This document shows positions 24,036 to 37,302 of a DNA stretch of 64,000 bases, one piece after another. Both the position numbers and the translations under genes were made by a program. The notes below the pieces were generated by a model. It was not told where the DNA came from. It did no database searches and worked only from the letters and a program-made list of their open reading frames with translations. The stretch comes from Dimorphilus gyrociliatus (lineage: Eukaryota > Animalia > Annelida): the NCBI GenBank assembly GCA_904063045.1, contig CAJFCJ010000017.1, positions 930,001 through 994,000 on the forward strand, given 5' to 3'. Each line of letters opens with the position of its first letter. Position 1 is the stretch's first letter.

Positions 24036-26764
24036 ATGGAAACGCCAAAGCGTTTTGTGGAAGAGATACACCACACAGACCTTCAAATATGCCAAGTACG
24101 TTATTGTAATAAAGTGGTAAGTTCTCTAATCATAAAAAGTCTTTCGTTTTCAAAAGCTGGTAAACGAAGGGTCATTCGGAATTATTTCACTCGCCTATTG
24201 GAAGGGGCGCGAAGTTGCTGTCAAATTAATAGCAGACAGCAACAAAGATAGTTTTGTGGTGGAATTAAAACAATTATCACGTATTGATCATCCTCATATC
24301 GTCAAGTTATTCGGAGTTTGTCGTAGTCCATTTTGCCTTGTGATGGAATTCGCTGAAGGAGGCTCATTGAATAAAGGTATAATGAATTGAACACTGTTAT
24401 TTTATAATTATGAAAGTACGGTAACGTGGCTTACAGTCCTGCATGAAGACACCAATGCTCATTTTACGCCCGGCTTGGCTATCAGTTGGATGTATCAGTG
24501 CGCAGTAGGAGTTGAGTATTTGCACGGCATTAAACCAAAACCTTTGATTCATCGTGATCTTAAACCAGCAAAGTAACAAGACAAATATATTTATTTAATA
24601 TTTGCTTGATATGTGTATATATATATATATATGTATACATGCCCATACAGCCTATTGTTGATTGATCAAGGAAGATTTATGAAAATTTGTGATTTCGGTT
24701 TATCGAGAGAAAAGAGTGCTCATATGTCAGGTAATCGTGGAAGTGCCTATTGGATGGCTCCAGAAGTTTTCGCTGGTCAAGACTACAACGAAAAGTGTGA
24801 TCTTTTTAGCTTTGGAATAACAGTTTGGCAGATTTTAACAAGGAAATTCCCAATGGCTGAACGTGGTGTAGATATTGCATTTAAATTAATGTGGGACTAT
24901 TATAAAGGTTAGATGCAATAGAAACAAAAGTGAATATTTCAGTCCATGTAATGTTCCTCAATTTCCATAGGCAAACGTCCACACTCTATATCAAATTGTC
25001 CGAAACCTCTTGCCGAGCTTATGGTTCATTGTTGGGATCAACGACCCTCCGCTAGACCTACTATGACAGAAGTTGTACGTATCCTAAAAGGACTACAAGA
25101 AATGTTTAAGGGAGCGGATGAACCTGTGTATTATATATCAACACAAAAGGGTAAGCTATTGACGTGACCTCATCCAATGTTTTTTATCATTTTCGTTTCA
25201 TCAAATTATTTAGAAGATGATCATTTGTCTTTTCTTACATCTCCGAAATCCAAAATTACAGATGACACACGTCAAACTTTAATAAAAAATACCAGTCAGC
25301 AAGAGGTATGACTATCATTTTGCAACAAAATTATGATCATAAATATACAAAAGCTTTAATAGTTTAAGGTTGAAGAGGAAAGATCAAGATCCTTTTCAAT
25401 GACAAGCGCTCCAGCTTCATTAGCAGCGTCTATGGAGCAGTTAGATATTGGTGATAACAGGCCATCAGATAATGAAACTACACCAGTTCCAATGAAACGA
25501 GGTAATTATTAATATTTTCAGTGTTAACTAATGAATAACTATATAGGTGTCTTGCGTGACTCATCAATGTGATTTACTGTGATCATTAGTTAGAATGATA
25601 GTACGAAAAAAAATACTTAAAAGCCAATGCTATTTTTTGTAGAAAACAAAAAAAAATTAACTTAATTTGTTGTCACTGGGAATGTTAATTCTGCATATTT
25701 TCTTTCTTTGAAAAAATTTTGCATGCTTTGTAAATTGTTAGGTCATCGCCGTACTGGCTCGCATGGACAGAAATTTGTTACACCTCCCAATCAATTACCG
25801 AATTTAAACGAACAAAATATGTCCCGATTGACAGGTAAGATTAATTTGGTTTGGTGACGCTTCCTTTTGAATCTCTCTCAATTTCATCCACCTATTTTCA
25901 AATTTAGAAGTGTTATTATATCGATGACTAACGAACAACTAGCATACTATCTAATTGTTATATTTTAATTTTAATTCTACGCATTCTTTTCTTTCTTGAA
26001 GTTACTCGACAAAATAGATCCGGATCAGGATCTCAGGCTGCGAGCCCATATGATCCAACAGGATCAACAACATCTCTTACACCAGGAACTCCAATTGATA
26101 TTACTAAGGATGGTTTGTATACTAAATTGAGAGAAAAGTATAAGATATTCAAAATGCTTCCTCTTCAAGCCACTTGGGTAGAGGCGGGAATCAGTCGAGA
26201 TGATGTAAATAGAGTAAACGCATTGGCCTGTAAACTTGAATATCAGGTTTGATGTTTAAACAGAAAATTCGGAACTAAATTAATTAGACCTTTATTTCTC
26301 TCCTCGAACTTTAGCCTTTAGCTCCTGATTTTAATTGTCCTCAATCTATACACATATTCAATGAACACTATAGGGTAAATGTTATTAAATATTAAACTTA
26401 ATGACTTTTTTCTTTCAATTTAAATAATTACTTTTTCTATTTATCTCTGTCAAAATTATTTTTTATTCATCAGTTAGCAAAATCATATCTTGAAACGCAA
26501 GTGGAAATTCAATTTTTGACTTCTCGAAAGTAATTTGCATAAATTTTCTACTTTGATAAACAAATGATTAATTATTTTATCAATAGGTTTGAGCTTGATA
26601 AAGAATTAGAGACAGATTTAAGAGCGGAACAAGCCGATGTCGAATTACAAGATCAGTTGGCAAATGAAACTGCCGAACGAGATAGTTTGGCAAATTTTTT
26701 GCATAACTTGCAACAACAAGTGAGTAAGTTAAAGCAGCAGAAGAGACATCCTCAAAATGTATGA
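24036..26764 (+). CDS. MAP3K7: TGF-beta-activated kinase 1 (MAP3K7)
   Basis: EVAVK, ELKQLSRIDHPHIVKL, IHRDLKPAN, KICDFG, GSAYWMAPEVF; GHRRTGS motif; C-terminal YQPLAP..EH..LAKSYLETQVEI TAB2/3-binding coil. Confidence 0.9.
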
Positions 26765-27090
26765 ATTTTCCGTTTTGTTATGAACTATGTTTTATAAATT
26801 AATTAATAATAGAGAATTTTTTCGCTAAAATACATGTAATTATTGAATTATAAACAAAAAAAAAACATTAAAAAAACTGCTTTCACGTATTGATTATGGA
26901 TGTTATAAATTTTATCAAGACGGTGCCGGATAGATCAATAATTTTCCATTGATCCTGATGCGTGCGCGTTGTAAACTTTCAGGCCTAGGAATTTGCGGCC
27001 ATTGCAGTGTTCAATCGCATACATGTTTTCCTTCTATATCTAATTACAACATCTATAGTTTACCTTTACTATTATGGATTTTTTTTTCGG

Positions 27091-30000
27091 ATGGCAGTCA
27101 GGTAAATGTTCATTGTTTTATGCAAATTTTCTATTTTTGCCTTATCTTTTTCAAATTGTGATATTTATTCAATTCTCTCTCTGTTTTTTTAATAAAAACA
27201 ATGCAGAAAAATCACGACTCGCCGAACGGGTACTGGCTTTGGTTTTGTTCTAAAAGGCGAGTGTCCCTGCGTTGTTGATGAGATTAGGCCAGCTAGTTCA
27301 GCCCTTGCATCGGGTTTAAAAATTGGAGACATTGTTATTGCTGTTAATGGCATCGACGTTCGCAATTGGGGCCATTATAAGCTTGTACAATTAATTCAAC
27401 GCTGCGGTTCGACATTGGATCTCGTAGTGAAGAATAATAATATGGGTAATGAAAATGTTTTTCAATATTTTCAAGCATTCTCCTCATAACACATAGTTTT
27501 TACAGATTTGGGTAGGAATATTATCTCGACAACGTTTAGTGGACAAGCTGACTATCTGTTGACTAAAAGAGAAAAACAATTATTTAGAACTTCACTGATA
27601 AATTACAATTTGCATCATAATATTCAATTATTAGTTGGGGAATTAGAGAGAGTTTTGGATACAAATTCAAAGAAACAGCTATGGCGATATATTATCCAAA
27701 GGATGACACCAGATCATCAAATTTATGTGCTAGAGAGAATCTCCTTACCAAGAAAAGCTATTACGCCAACGAGCAGGTCCATGCAAGATGCCGTAACCGA
27801 ATTGGCTCACAATCCGTCCAGAAAGTTAGCACCGAATAGTAATTGGTCGTTATTTAAGCAGAAAATAGACTTTTTACTAACACCAAATGAAAGACATGCT
27901 TTAAAACTTTTACTGCAAAATTACGCCAACCTTCGCCATGTAGAAAATTTATTAGAAAGTTTACAAAAGCTCTTTGATACGCCATCTAAACGCTCCTTAT
28001 GGAAATTTGTACTGCCCCTACTCTCTGAAAAAGATAGGCGATATTGCATTTCCAGACTTCGAAATGGTGGTATACGTTCCTCAACGCCAGTTAGAAATTC
28101 ATTTAGAGAAGCATCCCCCAGGGAAGGAGATGTTACTTTTCAGTCAAATTCTTATTATTACGGGGGTGGCAATACTTTAATAAGTACAGCGCCTAACTCG
28201 TCCTTTCAGGTATAACTTAAATTGACTATTATAACATTTTTTGAATAACAAAGATATTTATTATATTTCCTCAACGACAGTCGGACGATTCGTCTAACAT
28301 TACCAGATCAACCGTTAGACGCCGTAGTGTGGATAGTTCTAATAGTTTGGGATTTCATAATCAAGACGGAGAGGTATCCGTCGTCACGGTTCAGCCTGAT
28401 ATTGTTGTTGATAAGAAAGAAGTTTCTGAAAGTGCTACTCAAACAGATGATGGTCATAGAAACTATCGAACTTTGGTTAGACTGCGCAGTCGGCCGGAAG
28501 AACAAGCTGATATAGTCGAAATGGATGATGATGAATTTCTAACAAGCCCAAATTTCTCCGAAATAGTTCATTCAAAACCGCTTATGCAGTCGGCAAGTAT
28601 TCAAACTGAGTTGGTTCCTATAATCGAAAAACCTAGTGATTCAGAGGAACTTGAAGACAGCCAATCAGAATCGTATATGTATGCTAGAACCATGAGTGCC
28701 CTAAGAGTACTAGATGACGCTGTAGCGGACGAGCTGACAGATGATGTAGATACTCCAAATGAAGCTTTCGTACCTCCTGCACCCCCTATTCCACCCCCTC
28801 CACCACCACCTCTACCAGTAACTGTCAACAACACCGGTCCACCTGGTGTTAAAAGGATCAATTGGGAAAAAATTGAGAACATAGACGAAAATTCTCTATG
28901 GGCTCAAATACCCGAAGCGAATATGGAATTAGAAGATGTAGTTAAATTTTTAGAAATAGAACAACAATTTAGCACCAAGAAACTAAATATAGGTAGGCGT
29001 AATACAGAAGCTATATATTAATCATATCTAAAATAATATCTAACTGTAATCCTTCTATATTTATAACTAAAATCAATAGCACTAAAGAAACGTCAGCCGA
29101 GAATAACTATTTTAAATGCAAAAAAGGCCTATAACATCTGTGAGTTAGAGTCCTTTTATTTTATGCCATTAGCTATACAGACTTATGCATTTTGATAGCG
29201 ATTCTACTTGGACAATTAAAGAAATCAGCCCCCGAACTAAGGGAGTCTTTATTGATGATGGATGATAATACGTTATCAGCTGATTTACTTAACCAATTAC
29301 TTATGTTTTTACCAGATGCAAACGAGGTTGTTTAAATAATTAAATATTCATAAAAAGATTCTATTTATTTAAATTATGAATAGAAAGAACATTTTAATCA
29401 ATTTACTGGTAAATTAGAAGATCTAAGCATACCTGATCAATACATATACGAAGTAAGAAATATCTAAAAGTATCCCTGCACTGTAGATAAATATTAAGAT
29501 ATAAGGCTTCTTTAACAAAATTTATTCCTATTTGTATATTTACTATTTTAAAAAAGATATCTCGAATACCATCGTATAAGGAAAGATTACGAGCTCTCTC
29601 CTTTAAGAACGTTTTCCCAGAACGAATACGAGAACTTCAAAGCCATTTAGAATGCATTCAAAAAGCGTCTTTGGAACTACAAATTAGTAAAAAATTAGCT
29701 AAGGCTTTAGAGGTAAAGTTTATAATTGATTGAAATATCTGGTGACTACTCTCAATTTTTTGACATATTTTCATTAGCTCGTCCTTGCTATAGGGAATTA
29801 TATGAACAAAGGAAATGCAAGGGTTGGTCAAGCTGTTGGTTTTAAAATATCCTTCCTATCTCAGGTAACAATTTATAGATATTTAAGTTATACAGTATAA
29901 TTTATCACTTTCTCGTCTTTTAACTAAAAATTTTTAGTTGGAGATGACTAAGACTAGTGACAAAAAGGGTACATTCTTGAACGTTCTGGCGGAAGCTTTA

Positions 30001-30948
30001 AATTCTAAATATCCTCAGTTAATCGATTTAAGATCAGACCTTCCATCTATCCCATTGGCAGCAAAAGGTAATTGATTTACTATTGATTTTTACGTCATTA
30101 TTTTGCTATTTTTACTTACATCAAATTCACGGTTTTTTTTTCATTACTAACTTAAAAACAAAAAAAATTCACTTCAGTTCCATGGTCTAAAGGTTCGTTT
30201 AGTTGGGAGGTGCAGTGTTTCTCATTCTTTTTTCTGCTCCATTATATTAAGCACATTCTTTTTCAATTAGTAAATGTTTTCATAAAAAACATCACTATAT
30301 ATTACTCTTTCCTCTGTTATATGTAATTATCTATTATTCTACAGTATCCCTCGTTGGAATAAAACAGGAAATCGACGAAATTAAGGAAATCTTAAGGGTA
30401 TCCAGTTACATTTTACTTCACTAAAACTTACTCAAAGGAAATATCCTTTTTGTATAATTTAGGACAGCCATACAGCTGTAGCAGTACATGGTGAAACAGC
30501 ATCAAATAATCAAGGGCCTGATAGATTTCAAAGCGTTATGCAGGTAGACAAAAGAAAGAGGACGAAAGCTTTTTATCACCTCAAGAGTAAATCTATCTTT
30601 TTTAGGCTTTCCTTAAAGAAGCAAATGAAACTTTAGACGACATCACGTCCAAACATCAGCGAACTATAGACGACTACAATAATATGCTCAAGTATTTCGG
30701 CGAGGAGAACGGTGAGAATAAGAGCGAAATTTTTGAAATAATGACCAACTTTGTTAGCAAATTTGAGGTAACATTTTGTTGTTTTTAATAACGCTATTCC
30801 AGCAACATTCCAAATAAAATTTTCTCAATAATTAACTTAGGAGGCGCATAAAGAAAATTTAAGAAAGAATTATCATAAGAATTTTTCATCTCCAAGGATA
30901 ACTAAAACTGAATACAAACGGCAGACTCGTCTAAAACCGAATAATTAA
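27091..30948 (+). CDS. GRID2IP: Delphilin-like formin: PDZ, two harmonin-N-like domains, short FH1, FH2
   Basis: MAVR|KITTRRTGTGFGFVLKG PDZ; two repeats (DYLLTKREKQLF.. and DFLLTPNERHAL..); polyproline; KRINWEKI, NISILL, LAIGNYMNKG and TKTSDKK FH2 motifs. Confidence 0.85.
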
Positions 30949-31294
30949 TGTTTCATTTTGTGTATAAAACATATTGTGCGTCCTTAGAAAGCAAAAAAAA
31001 AAAGAAAATATCTTACGTTTAAAAAGCACTGAATGGATTGACACTTGTAGAATAAATGTACAAGTTAGAAATTTTGACAACATTATACACTCGCGTAATA
31101 TAGACAAATGAAAAAACTTAAAAAGATATTTACAACTTACATATAAAATCGACAATACTTTGTTCTTTTAATTTACAGATATTAAATTTCGTCTGCAGAC
31201 GTTTTCTAAACTATAGCTTATCTTCACTATAAATGAGAAAGCTCAGATATTGTCACTTATCAGTTTTTTTTATTAATATGCTAAGACCAATGTC

Positions 31295-34200
31295 TTATTC
31301 TTTTTTTCCGTTGCACATTTGCATCATTTTCGAAATTTTCGCCATCGATTGCAATCCTGAGACGTTGGCTGCAGTCTATTTGTAAAAAAAATATTTGATT
31401 ATTAAAAATTTGTTATCTTCAAAAAAATTAAATCTATCTTGCTCACAGTCAAGGATAAGAAGCCCATTAGTTTATTAAGCATATACACAAGGGGTGTAAA
31501 ATCATTATTAGGCAGTCTATTTCGTAGAACACTTTGAAGATGCTAAAATAGAAAATAATCGTTGTTATTAAACAAAAGAATATTTTAAGGATGTTTACCT
31601 CATCACTTTGGATCATACATCCAAGAGCTAATGATATAAAACCGGCCATTACGCATTCCTCCATATGTTTATCAGCAAACTTCAAACCTACATATAATAA
31701 ACGACAGCTGTAATATATAACAAATAAAATCATTCAAAAATCACTGACATTTAGTAAAATTCGTTTCTTCATCATCCAAGTCTCGTCCCAGAGGTTTTGT
31801 TTTTTTCTTAACAGTAGTTTGACCGGTACTTGGCAGCCACTGCAATCCATTTTCGTCATCTTTCCAAACTCCACTAGTTTCCATTGGACTCGTTTGTAAA
31901 TTCGTTGCTTTCTCTCTTTCTTTATCTTGCTCCTCGACTACTTTGTCAGCGGCAGCTTCTTTTTCAAAGAAACTTTCTATAAGAGCATCATAGAATTCCA
32001 TGGTATTTCCGGAAACTGAAATTCGTCTTGTAAACATCTTTTTCCTGTTTGGCTCATGATGTTCGCAAATATTTAAAACAACGCTTAAAGAGCAAACTGT
32101 CACTTCAAAAACTTGTGAGCGTGTCAGAAATGAGTTTGCTGAGAAAATGCATTGAAATAAGGCATCAGGAATCCGCGGCTTTTGCACGCAAAGCTGGCTG
32201 GAAACTTGACTGTTATGCGTTATGTTCATGAGCATACCCAGACTTGATGATAAGCAGGAATACACAGATGAAGAATTAGACATGGTCCCTTTGGACAGAG
32301 TATTTAAGCAGATGAATAGAACACTGCAAAAAATGATAAAGACTTGTATTTCCGTATGGCTAAGAGAGAAATCTAAATAAAATTTTAATACTTGGCAACG
32401 GCTGGAATGATTTGATGATTGTTAAAATCAACGATAAATTTCTGATTTGCTTCTCTATTATATGATAACTGAAAAAGAAATTACTTTTATATAAATTACA
32501 CGGAAAAAGTTTTTAAAATCTAAAAAAAATTACGTTTTCGATTAGCTTAATTATTTTAGCAAGCTTTTTAAACAAAACCGATTTTTCAGAATTTTGCGCT
32601 GCTTCCAGGGTGTCCAGTCTATCGATTAGCTCAAAAACTGTAAAATTCAAAATTCGTTTCTGAACTTATTGCTATATAGATATCTTACCAATATTTAGCA
32701 CGTATTCTAATCCACCACCTGTACGAACACAGTCTTTAAATTCATCTTTCACGTTTTGATTAGTCCAACTCAGTAAACTTTCCAAGATCAGACTAGATGC
32801 ATTCAAGTCATTCACCACCCAAGACTGGGTATTGCTAAATAATTTATCTTCTGAATCTTTAATTTTTTTCAGTGTTTTCTCATAGTCTTTACAATTAAGA
32901 ATATCGGGTTTCGTGACAAGTAACTTGTTGAGCAATTCTAACCAAGGTCTATCTAACTCTAATTTGCGTCTATCACGTGAAAGGAGAAAAAATAAAGCCG
33001 CTGTACATAATCCCAAAGAAGGGAAATCGGCAGAATCAGATAACAATTCCAGTACTTTTGACAACGTTTCATGAGCTCTCAAATGCATTCGAAAAGCAGT
33101 TATACAACTTTTGGTAATCAGTTGCGTGGCTGAAAGACATCGGACATTGAGAGAACTCTTGGGCGATAACGAATGCAATATATAAGCTATATCAGTTTCG
33201 AAATCATCAGTTTCACCATGTTCTAGACATTCATGAGCACCACGGACCTCCTTAACAACTGTATATACTGGTTTATGTTCTCTAGTAACTTTAAGTTTCG
33301 AACTTTCATTATCGAAATCTAATTGAGAAGTTACTTTTCTTAATCTTGGTTCTCTATTTGAGGTAACAGTCACAGGATCGTCATCAAAATCATAGGCTGA
33401 GGGTTCCTTACTCGGCAAGTTTCCTGGGGCGGATAGTTCAGGGGAAGCCATGTCCTTTAGAAAAGATAAAACATAAATATCCATGGTAGACTACATACAA
33501 TAAACATAAAAATTTTAAACAAATACTAACTTCTTCCTCGGGTTTCCAAATACAATAATTATATTTATACTTTTTCGGGCTAGTTGAAAAGATGCGCCTG
33601 TTGGCCTTCTTCTCGCTGGCTTTTAATGCGGAACAACTTAAACTTCGCTTTAAATTATCGTTTGAATTGTCTTTTAGGCTTTGAACAGCTGGTGGGTTCA
33701 AAGACGTTGCGGCTTTCTTTAACACCAGGGGAGGTTTATGGTCGTCCATAAAGTCATTCGACTCTGTAGTTTTGTCTTTCATTTCATCACTTTCATTATT
33801 CTCTAATCGAATACGTTTTTTTGGTGAAGGAATACATGCAGAGTCGTCATCAGTGGATCGCTGTTTAGAGACTTCTTTAATAGGAGAAGTTGTGAAGAAT
33901 TTTTTTGTTTTTGTCGCACATGACGTAGTTTTCGTAACAGGTATAGTATATTCCTCTGCTTTACCAGGTCTATCATATGGTTTCGATTTGCCTGACGACT
34001 TTGTTGGGGCTTTATTCGATGTGGCCCCGATATCAGATGAGGATTTACCAAATTTCCTAGGTGATTTTCGTTTTTTAGGACTATCTTCACCTCCTGATTC
34101 GAAACTAAATGGATCGGAATCCTTAGCTGGTGGAGGAGTAGATGTTGATTTTCTAACACTTGTAAACGACTGTTTTCCCCATAATCCAACAGCTGCGGCC

Positions 34201-34322
34201 GCTTTGCAAGCCTTAGGACCTTGCTTATCATCATTCTTCAGCATCTCCTCGAATAACTTTGTCGATTCGCACTGCTTGCTATTTCTTTTCCCGTAGGTTC
34301 GATATACCTTTGAAGAAGACAT
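31295..34322 (-). CDS. WAPL: Cohesin release factor WAPL
   Basis: N-terminal YRTYGKR and DPFSF; VKEVRGAHECLEHGETDDFETDIAYIL; FRMHLRAH; C-terminal HMEECVMAGFISLALGCMIQ and TAANVSGLQSMAKI. Confidence 0.93.
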
Positions 34323-34881
34323 TCTCCTGTTGTTTATAAGAATACTTTCCCTGTGTAATTATCAATTATCCAGCATCGCTGTAGCGGTAGCAAACAATGA
34401 GACTAGTCCACAGCTAAGTTTAGGTGCATCTGAATCACTAAGATCAAAAAATAGATTCACTATCCAATACAACACAGACGTTTTGAGGGAAAAAACTTGA
34501 ACGTTTTTAAAGATGATACAATATTAACATTTTAAACCAATGGACACGAGCAGTAGACAACCGCCATCATTAATTTAAATTGGTAATGCGCATGCGCGGC
34601 CAAAGATGAAGAGTATTTCCTCTCGAAATTGCCTCCACCTAGTGTGTATTTGCTCTAGTAATTTAAAAGATATTTCAATTCATTTTGTAATAATGAGATA
34701 ATATGTTATTTATTTAAGAATGATATTGTTGTAAATTTTATCATCTTTTTTTTGTATATCTAGAAATATGATTCACTGTTGATTTTCACATATTATGAGG
34801 AAATGTTAGTTTTTACGATCCAATATATGTAGACAGTGCAAGTTAAAAAAAACTCTTTCCAAGATGTAAGTCCTGTCATCT

Positions 34882-35485
34882 CTATCCAGAAGTTCCACCA
34901 CCTGTAGCACCAGCACTAGCAGCCGCAGCTTCCTTTTTCTTTTGCTTCTCCCTCATAATATCGGCATCTCTGAGTAAGAGAGATTCATTATATTATTGAT
35001 TAAAATTGTTCTAAGGATTATTCAATATTTCGGCTTTCTTTCATTTTAATGAAAACTTACCTCTGCTTTCTAGCTTCTAAAGTAACACCTTTGTTTCCAT
35101 CCTTACCAGTTGCAGTCGCCTGCTTCTTGCTTTGTTGTTGTTTTTTAAGATTTTTTTGCCTGGCGAGTTCACGCTGATTTCCTCCTGTTAAAATATTAAG
35201 CATGAAATATGTCACCGAGACATACCTTATTCAAATAACGTGTTAAAATAGTATAATTACTCGTAAATCTCGTTGTAATAAAAGTCAATCGCTTCTTCAA
35301 AGAAATCCTTCCGGAAAACTATACACAGAAAATTCAGCAAGATATTGCATTGCATATCAAGTCATTCACTCTTATTGCATAACACGATCACATTAATTTC
35401 ACCCTTTTATCTATTTTAAACACTTCTACTCAAGGATGAAATTTTTCAAAGACTTAATGTTTAATTGGAAAAACTTACGGGTCAT
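34882..35485 (-). CDS. SERF: Small EDRK-rich factor (SERF/4F5)
   Basis: 7-nt first coding exon ATGACCC (35485-35479), then RGNQRELARQKNLKKQ..GVTLEARKQR|DADIMREKQKKK. Confidence 0.93.
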
Positions 35486-36126
35486 TTTAGTGTGCCCTAT
35501 GTACTTCCTGGAGTTGTTTTTCTTCGCGCTAGTGGCGGGTGTTAAAAGAACTAAAAATGGCGATTTATTGTTGAGGAGCAATCTCAGATAGGAAACCCTA
35601 CTAATTGAGCTGTTTTGGTTTGGCGCCATCTATCCATTGGTTATTTAAGAAAAATTCTATAAATGGCGGCATATTTAAAAAAATTAATTTAATATTTCTA
35701 AATTATTACGCAATAGAAAGATCACACCATTAACGCAAATTTACCTTTCATCATTGAACAGAATAATTTATTATTCATTCCTACTTTGAATAAATACATT
35801 AAGGCGAAAGTTTACATATCGATCAATGTCAAAAACATATCATAAAACATTCTACTCTTTAACTGTTTGAGTCACAACAAAAGCAGAACTCTCCTATTAT
35901 CCCACCAATCTCGCCTTTCTCATAGTAATATAAGCCCACGTGTTCAAAAATGTTTGGTAGTGCCATCTATTAATATTGTGTAATTGCAAAACGAAAACGA
36001 GACTTCGATGAGCAAAAATCATATTCGTTGGGATCCGAAATACGTTGCAGATAACATAATTAGTGTGACTCAACTCATCAATTCAATAACAGTCCGTCGC
36101 TCTCTCTATAGACTAAAATATTCAAA

Positions 36127-36506
36127 ATGCCAGATTTGATAACCACATTGAGTAAGGACAAGCCAATTCAGACAACAGCAGAAGAATCCCTTGCGCCTCA
36201 AAATTTCTCTCCAACTGCTGAAGTTTACTTACTTCCACAAAAACCAGTGGTATGGAGAAGTTTCTTTGTTTTTATTGGCCTTGCTGCGATTGTATTGATA
36301 TATTTTGGTATAAGAGCAATACGGTATGTTAACAACATTTCTCTATTGTAGAATATTATAATTCAAACATACTTTTCTTTCTTTATAGTCTAAAGCGTAA
36401 GAAGTCAAGAAAATATGGAGTGTTAACCAACACTGATATGGAATTGACTCCTTTAGACGCCGAAGATGAAGATGATATGACTCTCTTCGATAGAACAAGA
36501 AAGTGA
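36127..36506 (+). CDS. FAM174: FAM174-family single-pass membrane protein
   Basis: TM RSFFVFIGLAAIVLIYFGIRAIR|LKRKKSRKYGVLTNTDMELTPLDAEDEDDMTLFD matches the FAM174 cytoplasmic tail. Confidence 0.85.
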
Positions 36507-37302
36507 TAGTCATACTTTTTACATTGAAACTTTTTAATCAATTACTCATGAAAGTTGTTCCTCTTCTGGGTATTGTACGTTCTGCTTTAAACGGCTCTGG
36601 TTAAATTTGATAATCGGGCAACTTTATTGTAATTTGAACTAAAACAAAAAACAAGAAATGATTATCATTAAACAAAAAATATTTCTTTTTCATCTGCAGT
36701 CCTTAACTGTTTTTCTTTGTTTAAAAACATCTTTTCAATATCTTCACTTGAAAGAAGCAGAAGAAGAAAAGAAAGATATTATTCTATTCATATATAATAT
36801 ACAAATCGTCTACTAGACTGTTTTCGCTTTTTAAAGAAAGACTTACTTAAAAGAGTGAAAAAAATTAAATGTGTGAATATGTCAATTTTTCTTGTTTTTT
36901 GTTTTCGTCTTTTTTATTAACGCTTATTTTAAACACACTTTTGCTTGAAAAAGACTATTAACCAATATTACGTTGTTAAAAAATCTTGATAATTTGGTAA
37001 ATTTTTAGTTTATGATTGCTAAAAATTGCCTTCAATAAAAATCTTTCTGGTCATTTCCTTCCGATTCTGTTCTTAACTATAAAACTTTAAGACAATCTGC
37101 TCTTTCTATTCAAATCAACAGCTAAGTGTGTGTAAAACAGGTATATTTCGCTTTTTCTTTTGTCAGCCTAGCACACTGTTTATAACCTATAAACGATAGA
37201 GGGCGTTCTATATGTTTGAGCTGCTAGTTCTTTCATTCCTCAATATTTTGTTATACTGTTACCTTCCTTACCCTGACGAACCTTTAGTATTCTACATAAG
37301 TT

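Noticed and set aside
30398-30462. Delphilin intron starting GTATCC, suggestive of a U12-type intron
   Set aside because: The donor is GTATCCAG, not GTATCCTT, and there is no TCCTTAAC branch site near the acceptor.
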